A stretch of DNA of 64,000 bases. Origin: the human T2T-CHM13v2.0 reference genome, Homo sapiens. The notes beneath the pieces are model-generated. The model worked only from the letters and a program-made list of their open reading frames with translations. It did not search any database and was not told the origin of the DNA. Every line of letters starts with the position of its first letter. Position 1 is the first letter of the stretch. Below are positions 29,691 through 42,476 of the stretch, one piece after another. The stretch lies in assembly GCF_009914755.1 (NCBI RefSeq), contig NC_060937.1; one strand, written 5' to 3'. Position numbers and translations under genes: made by a program.

Positions 29691-32600
29691 TTGTTATCAC
29701 CACTTAGTGAGTGGCAACGCAGCTGACATCAGCAGCAAGACACTGTCACGGGTGGAAATGCAAGCCGTCCTTCCATCCTGCTCTAGCTCCTACCTCAAAT
29801 TGGAGGTCAGACCCCTGGAAATTCATACTTTCATATGATTTGTGCAGAGCTGCCTCACCTGCAGATGGCAGGGGTGGCAGGGAACGGCATTCCTCCCTGA
29901 CCTGCTGACCCAGTACCCACACGCCTGGACACAGGCACACAGCTCATTTCCAGCAGGCTCCCTCAGCGCCCTGAACCAAGTCACCTGGCACCTCTCCTAC
30001 CCTGGTAGGAGCATCCAGCTCTAATCCATTAACATGCCAAGCCAAGGGTCAAACAGAAAAGGCTGTCAAACTTCAACTTGCTTTATGAGCCCAGAGGATC
30101 CTGAAACAGAAGCGCCCACACCAGTGAGTCCTAGAGGAGCAGTGAGTCCTAGTTGCCCCCCCACCAATGCTCATTCCATTCACTACAGTCAAGGCTCAGG
30201 AGCCAGGCACTCCGGCCACACATGGAACCCACACCAGGCCTCACTGAGGAGAAGCTCTGCAAGGCCTTTGGAGCTTTTCAACTTAAAACATGCACAAGCC
30301 TACTTAGCCTCTTCTGTAAAACTTCCCCAATTCTGCTCCTTTTCTATTAAAAGTTGCTCTTGAAAGTTTTGAGGCAAACTTGGAAAACACCAAATCTAAG
30401 CTCAACTATTGAAAGACTCCAAAATGCAAATTCAAGTTCATCTGGCTTGGAAGTTGTGAGTCAAAGGGGTGTCATTGCACCCTGTGTTCAACTGTGGTTT
30501 GGAGCAACTATACGGATTTGCAAGACGGGGAGGTGAGGCCCTGGAGAGGTTTGTTCACTTTTGCTGACTTGCAGTATCTGGCATGGAAACCGGCCACAGC
30601 AGCATAGATTTTCCTGCAATAAAATCAAGAATCCTTAAACCAACCCACCAGAACAGTGTCAGGTACACCACTGTCTGCTAGGTGGGAGGCACACTGTAGC
30701 CAGCACAATCACGGTAGGCAAGATTTCTCTAGGGCCACACTGAGACGAGGCACGGTTCTGCCGCGCAGCCCCAGAGTCTTATGGAATACAGGGCATCCAA
30801 GTGGATGCTCAGGTGTGCATGTCAGCGGCTACTTCACGAACAAGGTCATGACCAGTGTGCCAGTGCTCCAGTTCCAGCAGGCTCCCCTAGCGCCCTGAAC
30901 CAAGTCACCTGGCCCCTCTCTTACCCTGAAAGCATCCTGGCTCTACCCAATTAACATGCCAAGCAAGGGTCAAACTTCAACCTGCTACTGGAGTGCTGGC
31001 ACGCTGGTTGTGACCTTGCTCCTGAAGTAGCTGGCCAACGGAGGTGCTGCCACTGAGCGGTGATGGTCAAGGTCAGCACCACGACAAGCCCCCTCCTCCT
31101 CCCCGAACTCCTCCATGCTCCCTCTCTGCCAGCCCTGCCCCATAACTAAAGCCCCTCATACCCTGGAAGTCATCGCTGTGGGGCTCGGGGTGCCTGGTAG
31201 TGCCATTCCCACCCCACCCCTGCCAGGAGAGGACCTGAAGTTTCTAGAGCTGCCTTGGGCCCCACTACCTGTAGATAATCCTTATTTTTAGAAACAAATT
31301 ATCTTCTAGACTTTCACCAAGGTAATTCTTTGGGTTTTACTCACATTTTCTTAATTTCCCATTTCTCTTGACCTCTTCCTGTTCTGTCACAAACTGTATC
31401 CTGCTAGATTTTGGCACTCAGTTCCTTACAGGGACTCCAGGCATCTGAGTCCCACAGCAGCCAACACAGAGACATATGCAGGCTTCACTTTCTCAGGAGG
31501 TATGTCACCACAGAAAGCCAGGAGTAAGAATGTTCCCGCTAGCCAGTAACACAATGTCACTCAGGCTGCCATGACCCATGAAGAGGGACAACCAAAAGCA
31601 GGGTGGACATCGTGAGTCAGCAGAACTACCAGAGCAGCCCAACTCACCCCTCCGCCTGCCCTCCTCCAGCAGCAAAAGGAAACACCAGAGTCCTCCATGG
31701 CTCTTGCAATGGAGAGTTCTTTGTGTACACCTCCCACCCGATCCCCTTACACCAGAATCCCAAACCCTTCCTTGAATGGGCTCACACCTTTCATATTGGA
31801 GAAAGCAAGAGTTTACTCAGGGCGCTAAAATATCTTACAAATAAAAAGCTGAGATTGCCTGTAAAACCCCACAAGGTTTAATTCAACAAGTGAACATGGG
31901 CAAGGAGTCTAAAGTTGTTCCCCTTTTCTAGACAAATGGAAATATTTTAAATAAATCTCCAAAAAGGTTCTGATAGATCCGTGTTTCTTTAAAAATACCT
32001 TGACACTGACTGATATTCAAGAAATTACTAAGAAATTCAAACCGCCGCCCTAACAGTGGAAACCCGAGCACTGTTTCTTGAAAATACAGGAGCCTTAAGT
32101 GGATTTAGACATCAAGACACAGAATCGAGGCAACCGCGTGGCAAATGCACCCGGCAGTCCAGTCAGACAATGTACCTAACGGGGATTTGGCCCAACAAGA
32201 GAAGCAGGCCGCGGGAGGCCACATCTGTCATGCACACCTGCCTGGTTTGGAAGAACTGCTGGGAAATTGAAATGCAACACTCAAGGAAGCTGGGGCACAG
32301 TCAGCTTCCTGGTTGCCATCTCAGGCAAGGCTCGGTGTGTGTCCATGCGAGTCCAAACAAGGAACTGTGGAGCCAGGTGCAGATGACTCGAGCCCGAGCA
32401 GCGTCCTCCCTACGCGGTGCAGCTGGGTACTTCCGGCCCTTGAGCCTTCCACAATGTTTTTGCAACACAGGCGTGGGCAGAGTCTTGCCTTCCCCCTGCA
32501 GAAGCTGGGCAAGTGCCATAAGGGAGGCCGGACAGTTCCACTCCCAGATCCCGAGACTTCTCCGCCTCGTCCTGGGGTCCAGCTGACCTATCTCCTCCAG

Positions 32601-33200
32601 GCACCACGGCCCCTCATGCAAATGTACACGAGAATGCGTGCAGCCAGGCCATTTCTTCACCTCCATGTAAAATCCTTTCATTAGAGGATGATGTTAAATA
32701 TATTTACATATCATTTCCTCTTTATAGGTAAGACAAGCATTTACTCTAACAAGTCTATTCATCACTTCTTCCTCAAGCTCTTGAAACAATTAGGTTCCTT
32801 CAGGAGACAGAAGTTTACACAAAATATAATTTTTTTCCTTTTGAAAAATTATAACACTGAGGGGTAAAAGCTGCCTCTGTGGGAAAATGCAGTGGGCCAC
32901 ATAGGTTATTATGTCTAATGCTATGAAAGGGCAGGAAGGAGAGAAGCCTGTCATCGTGTCCTGGTATCAGGTGACTGTAAGAAGAACCTCTCAGGCAGAC
33001 AGTGAATCGCTGCATTTTATTTTGGTTCTAAAGCTGGCCCTTGGTCTCCAGAATAGAGCAAGAAGAAGCAAGCAGCCTCTGACTTTCCCAGCTTCCAGGC
33101 TGCCCAAGGAACAACTTTCACTGTCCTGCTCAACTTTGAGAGGGAGGGAAGAAGGAGGGAGAAAGGAAGGGAGGGAGGGAGAGAGGACGGGCACACACAC

Positions 33201-33395
33201 CTCCACTAGCCGCCAGGCCTCGCTGATGATTGCATATTGCAGGCGGTTCAGAACGAAGCCGGCCACCTCCTTCTGGACTCGCATGGGGCACTGTCCAATC
33301 TTCTTCATCAGGGCGTGGGTTCTGTCCACTGTCGTAGGGGCCGTCTCCGGGTGGGGGACCAGCTCAACCAGCGGGATGTAGTATGGCGGATTCAC
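33201..33395 (-). CDS. CRYL1: CRYL1 coding exon 5 (aa 147-211, [18 protein letters not shown]...[20 protein letters not shown])
   Basis: First 65 codons of ORF 32991..33395, with the NPPY..PLVELV and GFVLNRL 3HCDH-family motifs. 195 bp; acceptor (CT)n-cctaAG, donor GTGTGT. Confidence 0.97.
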
Positions 33396-33835
33396 CTTAG
33401 GAGAGAGAGAGAAGTGGGGGAGTCAAGGAGATGACCCTGGGTTTGGGGAACTGCACCCACCCTGAATGGTCAGGAGCAGCAGATGCATCTTTGGAATGGT
33501 GCCTTTAGATTCAGTGGCCAACAACAAGATACTTGAGAAAGAAATTTATTCACAAAGGAGAGAGAAAAAGGGAACCTGATGCAGAATTGTGTGGTTTTGT
33601 TTAAAAAAAAATACCCAAAATACAAAGTTGGAATTTGGAGGAACAGCTTGCTATCCTGTATGTTTATGGCTAATCTTCAAGCCCCTGGCCTCCCCAGGAC
33701 AGAGTTTCTCTGCTCCCATCTGTCTTGTCTTCAAAGCTTCTTCACAGCCCACCACCCCCCAGAATCATGTCTTCCCATCTGCAGTCACCACAGGCTCTGA
33801 CATTCTTCTGTGTCAGTGTTAAAAATTATTAGCAA

Positions 33836-34122
<287 letters not shown>

Positions 34123-34876
34123 ATTATTAGCAGTGTCTTCCCAAAACCTGGTATTTCCTTAATTCCTCCATATTGTACCTTAAGTGTCTGCCTCTTCCAG
34201 TCTAATGTCACCTTCCTGCTCTAGAAATCAACAGGCATCAACACACCTCAGCAGCCCCAGCACCCCGACGAGCCCAACACAGGAAGGCATTGTCCAGGTG
34301 AACATGCCCCGAGGGAGGACCCTGGACTTCACTGTTCAACTCTGGTGTTCTTGGTTTACTTTGAGAAACTGTTCTTAGAGATTCCTCACAGAGAGTTATC
34401 AAATGTCCAAAGAAAACAGTGCCTGGTAGAACCTGACTGGCCTGAGCACTGAGCCAAGTATACCACAGCAAACAGAAATGATGCTTTTCAATGGGTTTTC
34501 CTCCACTACATGGGTGATAGGTAGAATGTCACATTTGCTAAGTGATGCTTCCATGAGCAGAAGCTTCCATTTAAAGATGACTCCCACAGAAGAGGAAAGG
34601 AGAAATAAGGGTCATCCTGGGCACCTGCTCTGCCCTCTCAGGAATCAAGAAAAGACGGCTCCTGTTTCCAAATAGACAGATGGTAAATCGATGCCTCGGT
34701 TAAACACCTGTCACCTACTGAATTCTTATAGAAACGCTTAACCTCTGACCTTTTGAAAAATGAAGATTAGAAGAACTGGAAGTGTGTCTTTCTCAGATGA
34801 ATTTTACCTTATTTTATATAAAGCAGGCATGCTGGGATTGGGGTCTTTCAAACATTGTAAGCCTCACTGGTAGCAA

Positions 34877-34945
34877 AAACAGACTGAGACAAGGAGTTAG
34901 AAAGCATTTCTATGTACAACTCACCAGTTCCCTCCTCTCAGTCTT
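34877..34945 (-). ncRNA. MIR4499: microRNA 4499 stem-loop (intronic, sense to CRYL1)
   Basis: 34929-34945 reads AAGACTGAGAGGAGGGA on the minus strand, matching the miR-4499 mature sequence as I recall it; it pairs imperfectly with CTCCTTGTCTCAGTCT at the other end. Confidence 0.85.
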
Positions 34946-35302
34946 CTCTGCGATTTTTCCTGCTCACACTTTCACTGAGTGATGGTGACCCCCAGTCTGC
35001 CACAGTGGCCCATCTGTGCCCACTCCCTGGTGTCACCACCACCAAGACTTGAGGACACAGAATACACCTGCATGTCTCACACAGATCCCAGCCTCACCCT
35101 GGCCCACATCTGCAACTGAGTGCTGGACGCCTTCCCTTGGGCACACCCCAGCACAGACTTGTCTCATGTGGGTTATCCCCATGGTCCCCAACCCTGGCAG
35201 GCTCCTGATCTCAGTGAGAATGTGTCACATCCCCACACCCAAGTCAGTACCAGGAGAAATGTTCCTGGCCCCTGCCTCTCCCTAGCCCCTCTCACTTTCC
35301 AT

Positions 35303-35923
35303 TGAGAGGTGAGGCCAGCTGGACTCCCTGGGTCAAGTGTGAACTTGGGGAGCTTTTCTGTCTTACAAAAGGATTGTAAAATGCACCAATCAGGAACTTT
35401 CCTGTCTTACAAGAGGATTGTAAAATACACCAATCAGCACTCTGTAAAACGCACCAATCAGTGCTCTGTAAAACACATCAATCGGGGCTCTGTAAAACGC
35501 ACCAATCAGCACTCTGCAAAACGCACCAATCAGCGCTCTGTAAAATGCACCAATCAGCAGGATTCTAAAAGTAGCTAATCGGGGGAAGGATTGAAAAAAG
35601 GGAACTCTGATAGGACAGAAATGGAACAGGGGAGGGGCCAATTAGGGAAAAAAAGCTGGTCACTCCCCCCACCCACCCCTACCGCCCACCCACACCCACA
35701 CGCGCCCCCCCACCCACACCCCTACACCCCCACCTGCAGCGTTAACCCACTCCGCTGTCTTTCCCTGCTGTGGAAGCTTTGTCCTTTTGCTCTTCACAAT
35801 AAACCTTGCTACCACTTACTCTTTGGGTCCGTGCTATCCTTAAGAGCTGTTAACAATCACCACCAAGTCTGTGGTTCACGAAGTCAGCAAGACCACAACC
35901 CACCAAGACCAACTCCGGACACA
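35303..35923 (+). mobile_element. ERV9-like solo LTR (LTR12F/LTR30-like)
   Basis: TG...CA termini (TGAGAGGTGAGGCCAGC ... CCGGACACA), 4-bp TSD CCAT on both sides, tandem CACCAATCAGC repeats, AATAAA at 35798-35803. Confidence 0.9.
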
Positions 35924-36129
35924 CCATCAGTTACTGAAGTCCTGTTACTTCTCTTTACTCTTCTCTCAAAAAAATCATTGCCACTGCCACCCTCAGCTCA
36001 GGGCCCCCGTTTCCATATAGATTCTGCACTCCCTTCATGGGACTCCTGCTGGGGTCTCAGCCCCTCTATCTCATCCTCCCAGAGCAATCCGTGTTGTAGC
36101 GGGAGCCTATCAAATCCACAGCAGCAGCA

Positions 36130-36345
36130 GAAAGCTAGGTTCAGGTGCCGCGGCTGGGGTGGAGCTGTGGAAAGTTAGTGTTTCATGGGTAGGAGGTTCA
36201 GTCTTATAAGAGGAGAAAGTTCCATGGATTGTTGGTGGTGGTGGCTGCACACCAGTGAGAATGTCCTTAATGCCTCCAAACTGCACACTTACAAATAGTT
36301 AAGACGGTAGATTTTGTTATGTATATTTTACCACAATTATACATT
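36130..36345 (+). mobile_element. L1MB-type 3' end fragment
   Basis: actgcacacttacaaatagttaagacggtagattttgttatgtatattttaccacaat. Confidence 0.7.
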
Positions 36346-36399
36346 TTAAAAGTAAAAAACAGGACTTTGATCATGCCTTCTCCAACGAAAAATCTTGAA

Positions 36400-37380
36400 G
36401 GGCTGCCCAGCGCCCACTGTACAAGGCACACGGCTGACTAGGACGCAGGGGCCAGCGACTGGGCCCCACGCAGCCCCCCAAAACAGACTTCCATTCACAC
36501 CGACTTCCATCCACACCTCCGTGTCCACCTACGGAAGCCGCCGCAAAAGGACCTTCGAGGTCTCCCGGCTGGGAAACAGTCTCCCTAACCACAGCCCTCA
36601 GCCTCTGGCCCAAGAGGTCAATCTTGTCAATAAGGTCGGGTGCCCCTTGAATTTACCACAGTAGAGGGGAGGAGAGGAGGCGAGACAGGAGAGGAGGCAG
36701 CTCCCCCGCCCCAAACCTTCCATGTGGGAGTGTGCGAGGTGGACTCGGAAACACGCCCGCGAAAGGGTTCGACAGATACAACGGCAGCGCAGCGCAGGGG
36801 CCTGGGCCTGCGCAGGCCGGCGGAGCACAAGGGACGCATTCTTCCCCGCCGCCCGGGCCCCATGTGACCGCGCCGACAGCGCGGCTGCCCACAGAGACTC
36901 CCTTCACCCCCGCTCCGGGAGCAACCAAAACGGCGAGGCCCACAGGGCCGACAGCGCCCTCGCGGGAGGCAGCCGGGCTGGGGCCTCTTGCCAGCCCTCG
37001 GTGTTCGATGCTTCATGGGTAGCCCATCCTCTCGGCGGCGCGCTCGCAGGGAGGGCTCAAAGGCAGCTCGGAGCGGCCGCAGGGCCGTGCAGATGTGCAA
37101 AGAGACGCACAGAGCACGGGCGCTTTGCAGACGGCAAGCCCATACATCCATTATTTACCACCAATACCAGGGCAGATGACTTCGGTGTGAGACGTGAGGT
37201 GAGTTCGAAAAGGCCACGCACAAGCAAGGGGCGGGGGAGCGGGCTAACTGGTGGCCTCTCCCCCAACGCCCACCGCACGCCCCAGTCTGCCAGCCGCGGC
37301 CCCCTTCCCAAGCAGGCCTGTCCATACAGCACAGTACTTGGTGGGCTCCGAAGACCCCACCAGCCCTGTCGGACCATCGC
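36400..37380. promoter_or_regulatory. Second intragenic CpG-rich island in CRYL1 intron 4
   Basis: CpG-dense (e.g. GCGGCCGC, GGCGGCGCGCTCGC). Boundaries estimated by eye. Confidence 0.7.
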
Positions 37381-38111
37381 CTTCCCAGACTGAACTAAGG
37401 AAGAGAAAAAAGCAGGGAGCCTCTTTGTAAAGTGTGGCTAAACTATCAGTAGAAAACTGCCACTCTGTCAATGCTAACATAGAGCTCAGTAAGGACTGAG
37501 ACTGCAGTGCAACATGCACACCGTTGTCACCCACAGGCCCCAGCCGTCACATTCTCCTCCCTCAGCCCCTCCACGTGGGAATTCCGGAGTCACTGCCACG
37601 AGGAGTTGAGGAAACAGCACAAAAGACACTGGAGAAGAAAATGTCCAGAACAGAGCCGGGCCCAGCCTCTTCCTGGGCCTTCAGTGTGGCCGTCAGCAGC
37701 TCTAGTCCTGGAAGCCCACCCTAAAACCCAGCCTGAACTCCTGCGCTGGGAGTACGAGCCCGCCTGGCCAGCGCCTTTCCCCACTCACTGAGGGAACACG
37801 TGGCCGTGCAACGAGGGTTGCAGGCTTCTCTGTGTGGGCAGAGACAAGCAACCTTTCCAATTTGCTGAATATCCACTTTGGCACGGCATGAACAAGCCTC
37901 CTTTTTCTTCATCCTATTTTTGGCCCAGGCAGAAATCACTAATGATTGAAACAAAGGGCCCCAAGCAGGGACTGGGGGCTGCAGGGTGGGCTCCTAGCTG
38001 GCCTGGGGGTGCTTCTCGGAAACTGTGGTTCCTCAGAGATTACAAATGGGTCTTGATTCTGTAGGGACTGCCTGTCCAGTCCCCTAGAGGTCCCGTGGGG
38101 TGAGCAAGAGG

Positions 38112-38285
38112 TGGGGCCAGGTGTGGTGCCTTTGTCTTGTAATTCCATCACTTTGGGGAGGCTGAGACAGGAGGCTTGCTTGAGGCCAGAAGTTCAAGGC
38201 TGCAGTGAGCTTTGATGGCACCACTGCTCTCCAGCCTGGGTGAAAGAGCCACAGAGAAAGAATAAAAAAAGAGAGAGAGAGAGAG
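38112..38285 (+). mobile_element. FLAM/FRAM Alu monomer
   Basis: Monomeric Alu-like sequence with A/(GA)n tail. Confidence 0.75.
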
Positions 38286-38387
38286 GTGGGCAGCTGGAAC
38301 ATAGAGGAAAGAAAGGGAAAGGTCCAAAGATGGCTAACTTGGGTTATTTGATTTGCTTTAATTAACATCGGTTTTGTTTAAAAATAA

Positions 38388-38670
<283 letters not shown>

Positions 38671-40692
38671 GGGGAAGATTAATTTTTAAAATAGGGTCTG
38701 GACTTTATGCTGTTTCATTAAATAAGTGAGCAATAGTGGGATGGAAAAAGAGTAGGAAGGAGGGAGAGAAGTGTCATTATTCAACAGTTACCAACTCCTG
38801 CTGGTCAAGGGACTGGGCTGGGTGTGAGGGAGAAGAAAGTGACTCAGGTGTCCTCTCACCCATCTGGCAATTTAAAATTAAAGAGATGCAGTAAACGTCT
38901 CGTCAAATAACTCAGGAGGTATTTTCTGAGCAACTTTATTTAGACTAGTTTTGTTTCAAACTAACTTAGAAGCAAGAACATGGGTTAGAAATTAGGAGGC
39001 TGACAGCTTCCACTGAAGCAATCAAGGAGCAACCTAGAAAGTGCTGAGGTCTCCAGGAGCCCTGTCCACGGACATGTATATGTCACCAAAGCAAAGGCAC
39101 GACAGGCTTCTCGGGACTTGCTTTCAATTAGGGTCCCTCGTAATGCTAATCTCACTCGTAATTGAGTGGTAACCAAATGTGACTGGTTCTCTTCTATTTT
39201 TATGCATCTCAGCCTCCTTATTTTATAACCATTCCTCATTCTTTCCATCGTATGTCCCAGGACCATGCAGCTATGTAAATGGTGGTCCAAGCTGCTGCTC
39301 TTCTTAGCACATAAAACCTGGTGGGCATCTACAGATCCGGTAGGAGTCTGTTACCTCCACATTCTAAATGGCTCTTGCTCAGAAAGAGGAATTGCCCTGC
39401 TCTCGATCCTAGGCCCTGCTCACTCATGCTTGGACTACTGCCCAAGTCCTGTGACATCATTGCTCCCCTCTCTGACCCGTCTTCATCCCAGGAAGGACCT
39501 TCATGTTACCCTCCCCAAGCAGCACTTCCACAACCTCACACTGCTGCTCTGGACCCAAGCTGTCTGTCCCAGCTCTTCAGAGTAACCCTCACGATTCTCC
39601 AGACCCAACTGTTACTAAGCCTTCCAGTGTTCTCCCATGGCTCCAAGGCATGTGTGCTCATGCCACCAGGCTGGCCTCCCACAATTCTGCACACCGAGCG
39701 TGTTCTTGGCCCAGGGTCTTTGCTTATGCTCTTCCCCAGCCTCAGACCCTCTCTTCCCTTCATCAGCCCAACCAGGTCCTAGCCAGGCTGGGCCCTCTGT
39801 GTTGCTTCTCCCTGATCCGAACCTCTGACAACCTGGTGGTGCCAAGGGTGTGGTCACTATTTTGTACTATTATATTTATCATAGCTTGAGCTAAGTCACC
39901 TTTCCCATTCTAACAGGCAGTCCTGGTCCTCCAAGGTCACACTGAGCTCGCAGTTGGGGCTCAAACGTCGTTCACTGAATCTCCTCTCTCATTCCCCTTT
40001 CCTCACTTCAATACATTAATCGCTGAAAGATTCCTTGAGTGCTTGCACGCCAATCTGAAACTCATTGTCCCAGGCACCTCATAATGTACTCCTGGCAAAC
40101 AAGCTTGCATAGTTAATTACAATGAGTGAGTGGAAGGGAAACCACAAGGGGAAAAAGTCCTTGAAGTCAGACCTACAGTCAGAATCTCAGGAGCAGGACC
40201 CAGAATCTGCATTTTAACAAAACCAACCCTACTCTGAATTGTGTTGAGTAAACTACACAGTGCAAGTGACGTATCTATACAATCCTACCCAATGTATACA
40301 TTTTTGATGTAGCACTTTTATATTGATAGTAGAATTATTTATTAGTCGGCCTCCTCAGCTACACAGTTACTTGGGGGTGAAGGCCTCAAAGCAGTCCTCA
40401 CTCTATTCCGTTGCACATTAGGTACACAGATAAAAATCCAAGGAATTTTGGATAAAATTCTTTTTTAAAATACTAGTATTGTGCAACTCTGAATACAATA
40501 AGAACCACTGAACTGCACAATTTGAACTGGCAAATTGTGTAAGTGAATTATATCTCAATAAAGCCGTTTAAAAGACTAATGGATTACTCACAAGTTATTG
40601 ACCCCCCTCCCCCGCAAAAAAAAAAAAAAAGAAAAAAAAAAAACACAGAATGAGATGAGATACAATCAATCCTCTGGATTTAAAATACTCAC

Positions 40693-40854
40693 AGGATGAG
40701 CCACGATGCATTGCTTCACATGGACCAAGCCAGCAAACAACTTGGAAGGCATGAGACAAGAAGTGGAACTGCTTAAGATCACTCGATCATCAATGATGGA
40801 ATCTAACTGAGCAAAAATCTTCTTCTTCAGTTCTAGATCTTCTGGAACACATTC
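40693..40854 (-). CDS. CRYL1: CRYL1 coding exon 4 (aa 93-146, [14 protein letters not shown]...[27 protein letters not shown])
   Basis: Manual minus-strand translation matches lambda-crystallin (3-hydroxyacyl-CoA dehydrogenase family) and includes the E97, S124 and H145 active-site positions. 162 bp; acceptor tttcAG at 40855-40856, donor GTGAGT from 40692; phase 0/0. Confidence 0.97.
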
Positions 40855-40969
40855 CTGAAAAGGACACGTTTAAATGACTATTCATGACCACTCGACTCAG
40901 GCCCCAAGCAAAGCATTTCATGTTTGTTTCATTCCTCAAATGAACCACTTTGAAAATGATGAGGTTCAA

Positions 40970-41480
40970 GACGTGTTATCCCAAAATATGGCAACTTGGC
41001 ATCTGAGAAAACAGCGGAAGCAGGGAGGTCCCTCTGCCCTTCTGCTCTCTCCTCCCCTAAAGCAAGCCATAAAAGAATTTTCTGCCCTTCCCATGAAGCA
41101 GGGCATAAGACCCTCATTCCAGAGGTGCCCTCCCTACACCCAGAGAAAAACAATCTCCTTGTCTCTGAAGACACAGGGAAGAATCTGAACAAACAGGCCT
41201 TGCCAACTTCCCTCCAGTTTCATGCCAGCTAGATCGTACCCCTTTGTCCTGTCATACCTCTGAAAGACTGTCCATTCTTTATCAAACCTAAGCATAAAAA
41301 TACAGAGGTTTCCCTGTGTCTTGGGGTCTACACTTTCTTATGAAGGCTGCTGTGTCATGTAAAACTTACAATAAATACATCTGTATGTTTCTCTCTTGTT
41401 CATCTGTCTTTTGTTATAGGGCCCTCAGCCATGAAACTTTCCGTAGGTGAAGAAAAGATTTTACTTGTTCTCCCTTACAA
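40970..41480 (+). mobile_element. MER39/MER34-family ERV1 LTR (subfamily uncertain)
   Basis: tgttatcccaaaatatggca... start, AATAAA at ~41370, ...cccttaca end. Confidence 0.6.
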
Positions 41481-42289
41481 AAACCACCAGCAAGATTTAA
41501 GGATGAGAAAAGGCTGCTGGAAAATACGATAAATCTTGATAACTCTGGAAAGTTGGAAAGCGGGTGAGGAATATATGGGAGTTTCTTGTACTTTCTAATT
41601 TTGAATAGCCTGGAAATTCTCATAATAAAAAAGTCTGCCAACGATATGGGGGTGGATTCTACAAACAAAACACACAACAGCACCCCAGGCAAACTGTTAA
41701 AAACATCGGTAGCTATCATCAACATTTATTTTCCCTATCTGCTTTGACCATCAGATCAACAGATCTTTAAGGAAAAATCTCATCCTCGTGAAATGAACAA
41801 ACACGTTACATCCATAATTCCCAAAAGGCTTCTTGAGAATCCATTTCTAATTGGAGGTCCTTTTGAAAAAGATCTCCATTTCCAAAAATCCAAAACTACA
41901 TTAATCGGGGTAGGGGAGTGGGATAAAGATGCAAATTTGGATTAAATGCTGCAGATAACGACCGCTCTGAGATTCTAATTACAAAGCTAGAGTGAGAGTG
42001 AGATGACACCTTCAAACATCCAGCGCTGGTCCACAGGCGAGGTGTTCCCTGCCACATGAGGATGAAGAGGACACCGCCCTGCTGTGTGGATGGAAGCACA
42101 CCAGGTGGAAGACGCAAGAGCTGCTCTGACACTTTGGAAATACTAGAGCTGTCCTTCCCCTCCTGACATCTGCACCTCTGGGATCACACCAGGGGTCACT
42201 CCTAACCAAGGTCTCTGCTCACCTAGGGGCAACAGGTGCTGTAGGGGAGGAGGTAGGGCCTCCCAACGTTCCCCAGTGACTTCAGGAGA

Positions 42290-42476
42290 ATGACTCTCAG
42301 TGTGGTGCAATAACCACCCATTAGAATCAACGGCGTGTCTTGTTAAAAATGCAAATTATTGGGCTTCCATCCCGGACCTGCTGAATCAGAGTCTCTGGGG
42401 GTGGGTTCCAGGCATCTGCAGTTCTAACAAGCATCCCTGATGATTCCTGTTCCCACTAAAGTTTGGGAACCACTAT
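42290..42476. mobile_element. MER5A-like hAT MITE
   Basis: cttgttaaaaatgcaaatt...ctgaatcagagtctctggg...aaagtttgggaaccact. Confidence 0.8.

Noticed and set aside
29948-30986. The two direct repeats as LTRs of a mini-retroelement
   Set aside because: No TG...CA termini, primer-binding site, polypurine tract or TSD.
32991-33200. C-terminal extension of the 134-aa ORF beyond WRLVE
   Set aside because: Read-through past the exon 5 donor into low-complexity intron.
36598-37393. 223-aa and 174-aa ORFs
   Set aside because: Same GC-rich artefact; no homology recognised and no supporting splice structure.
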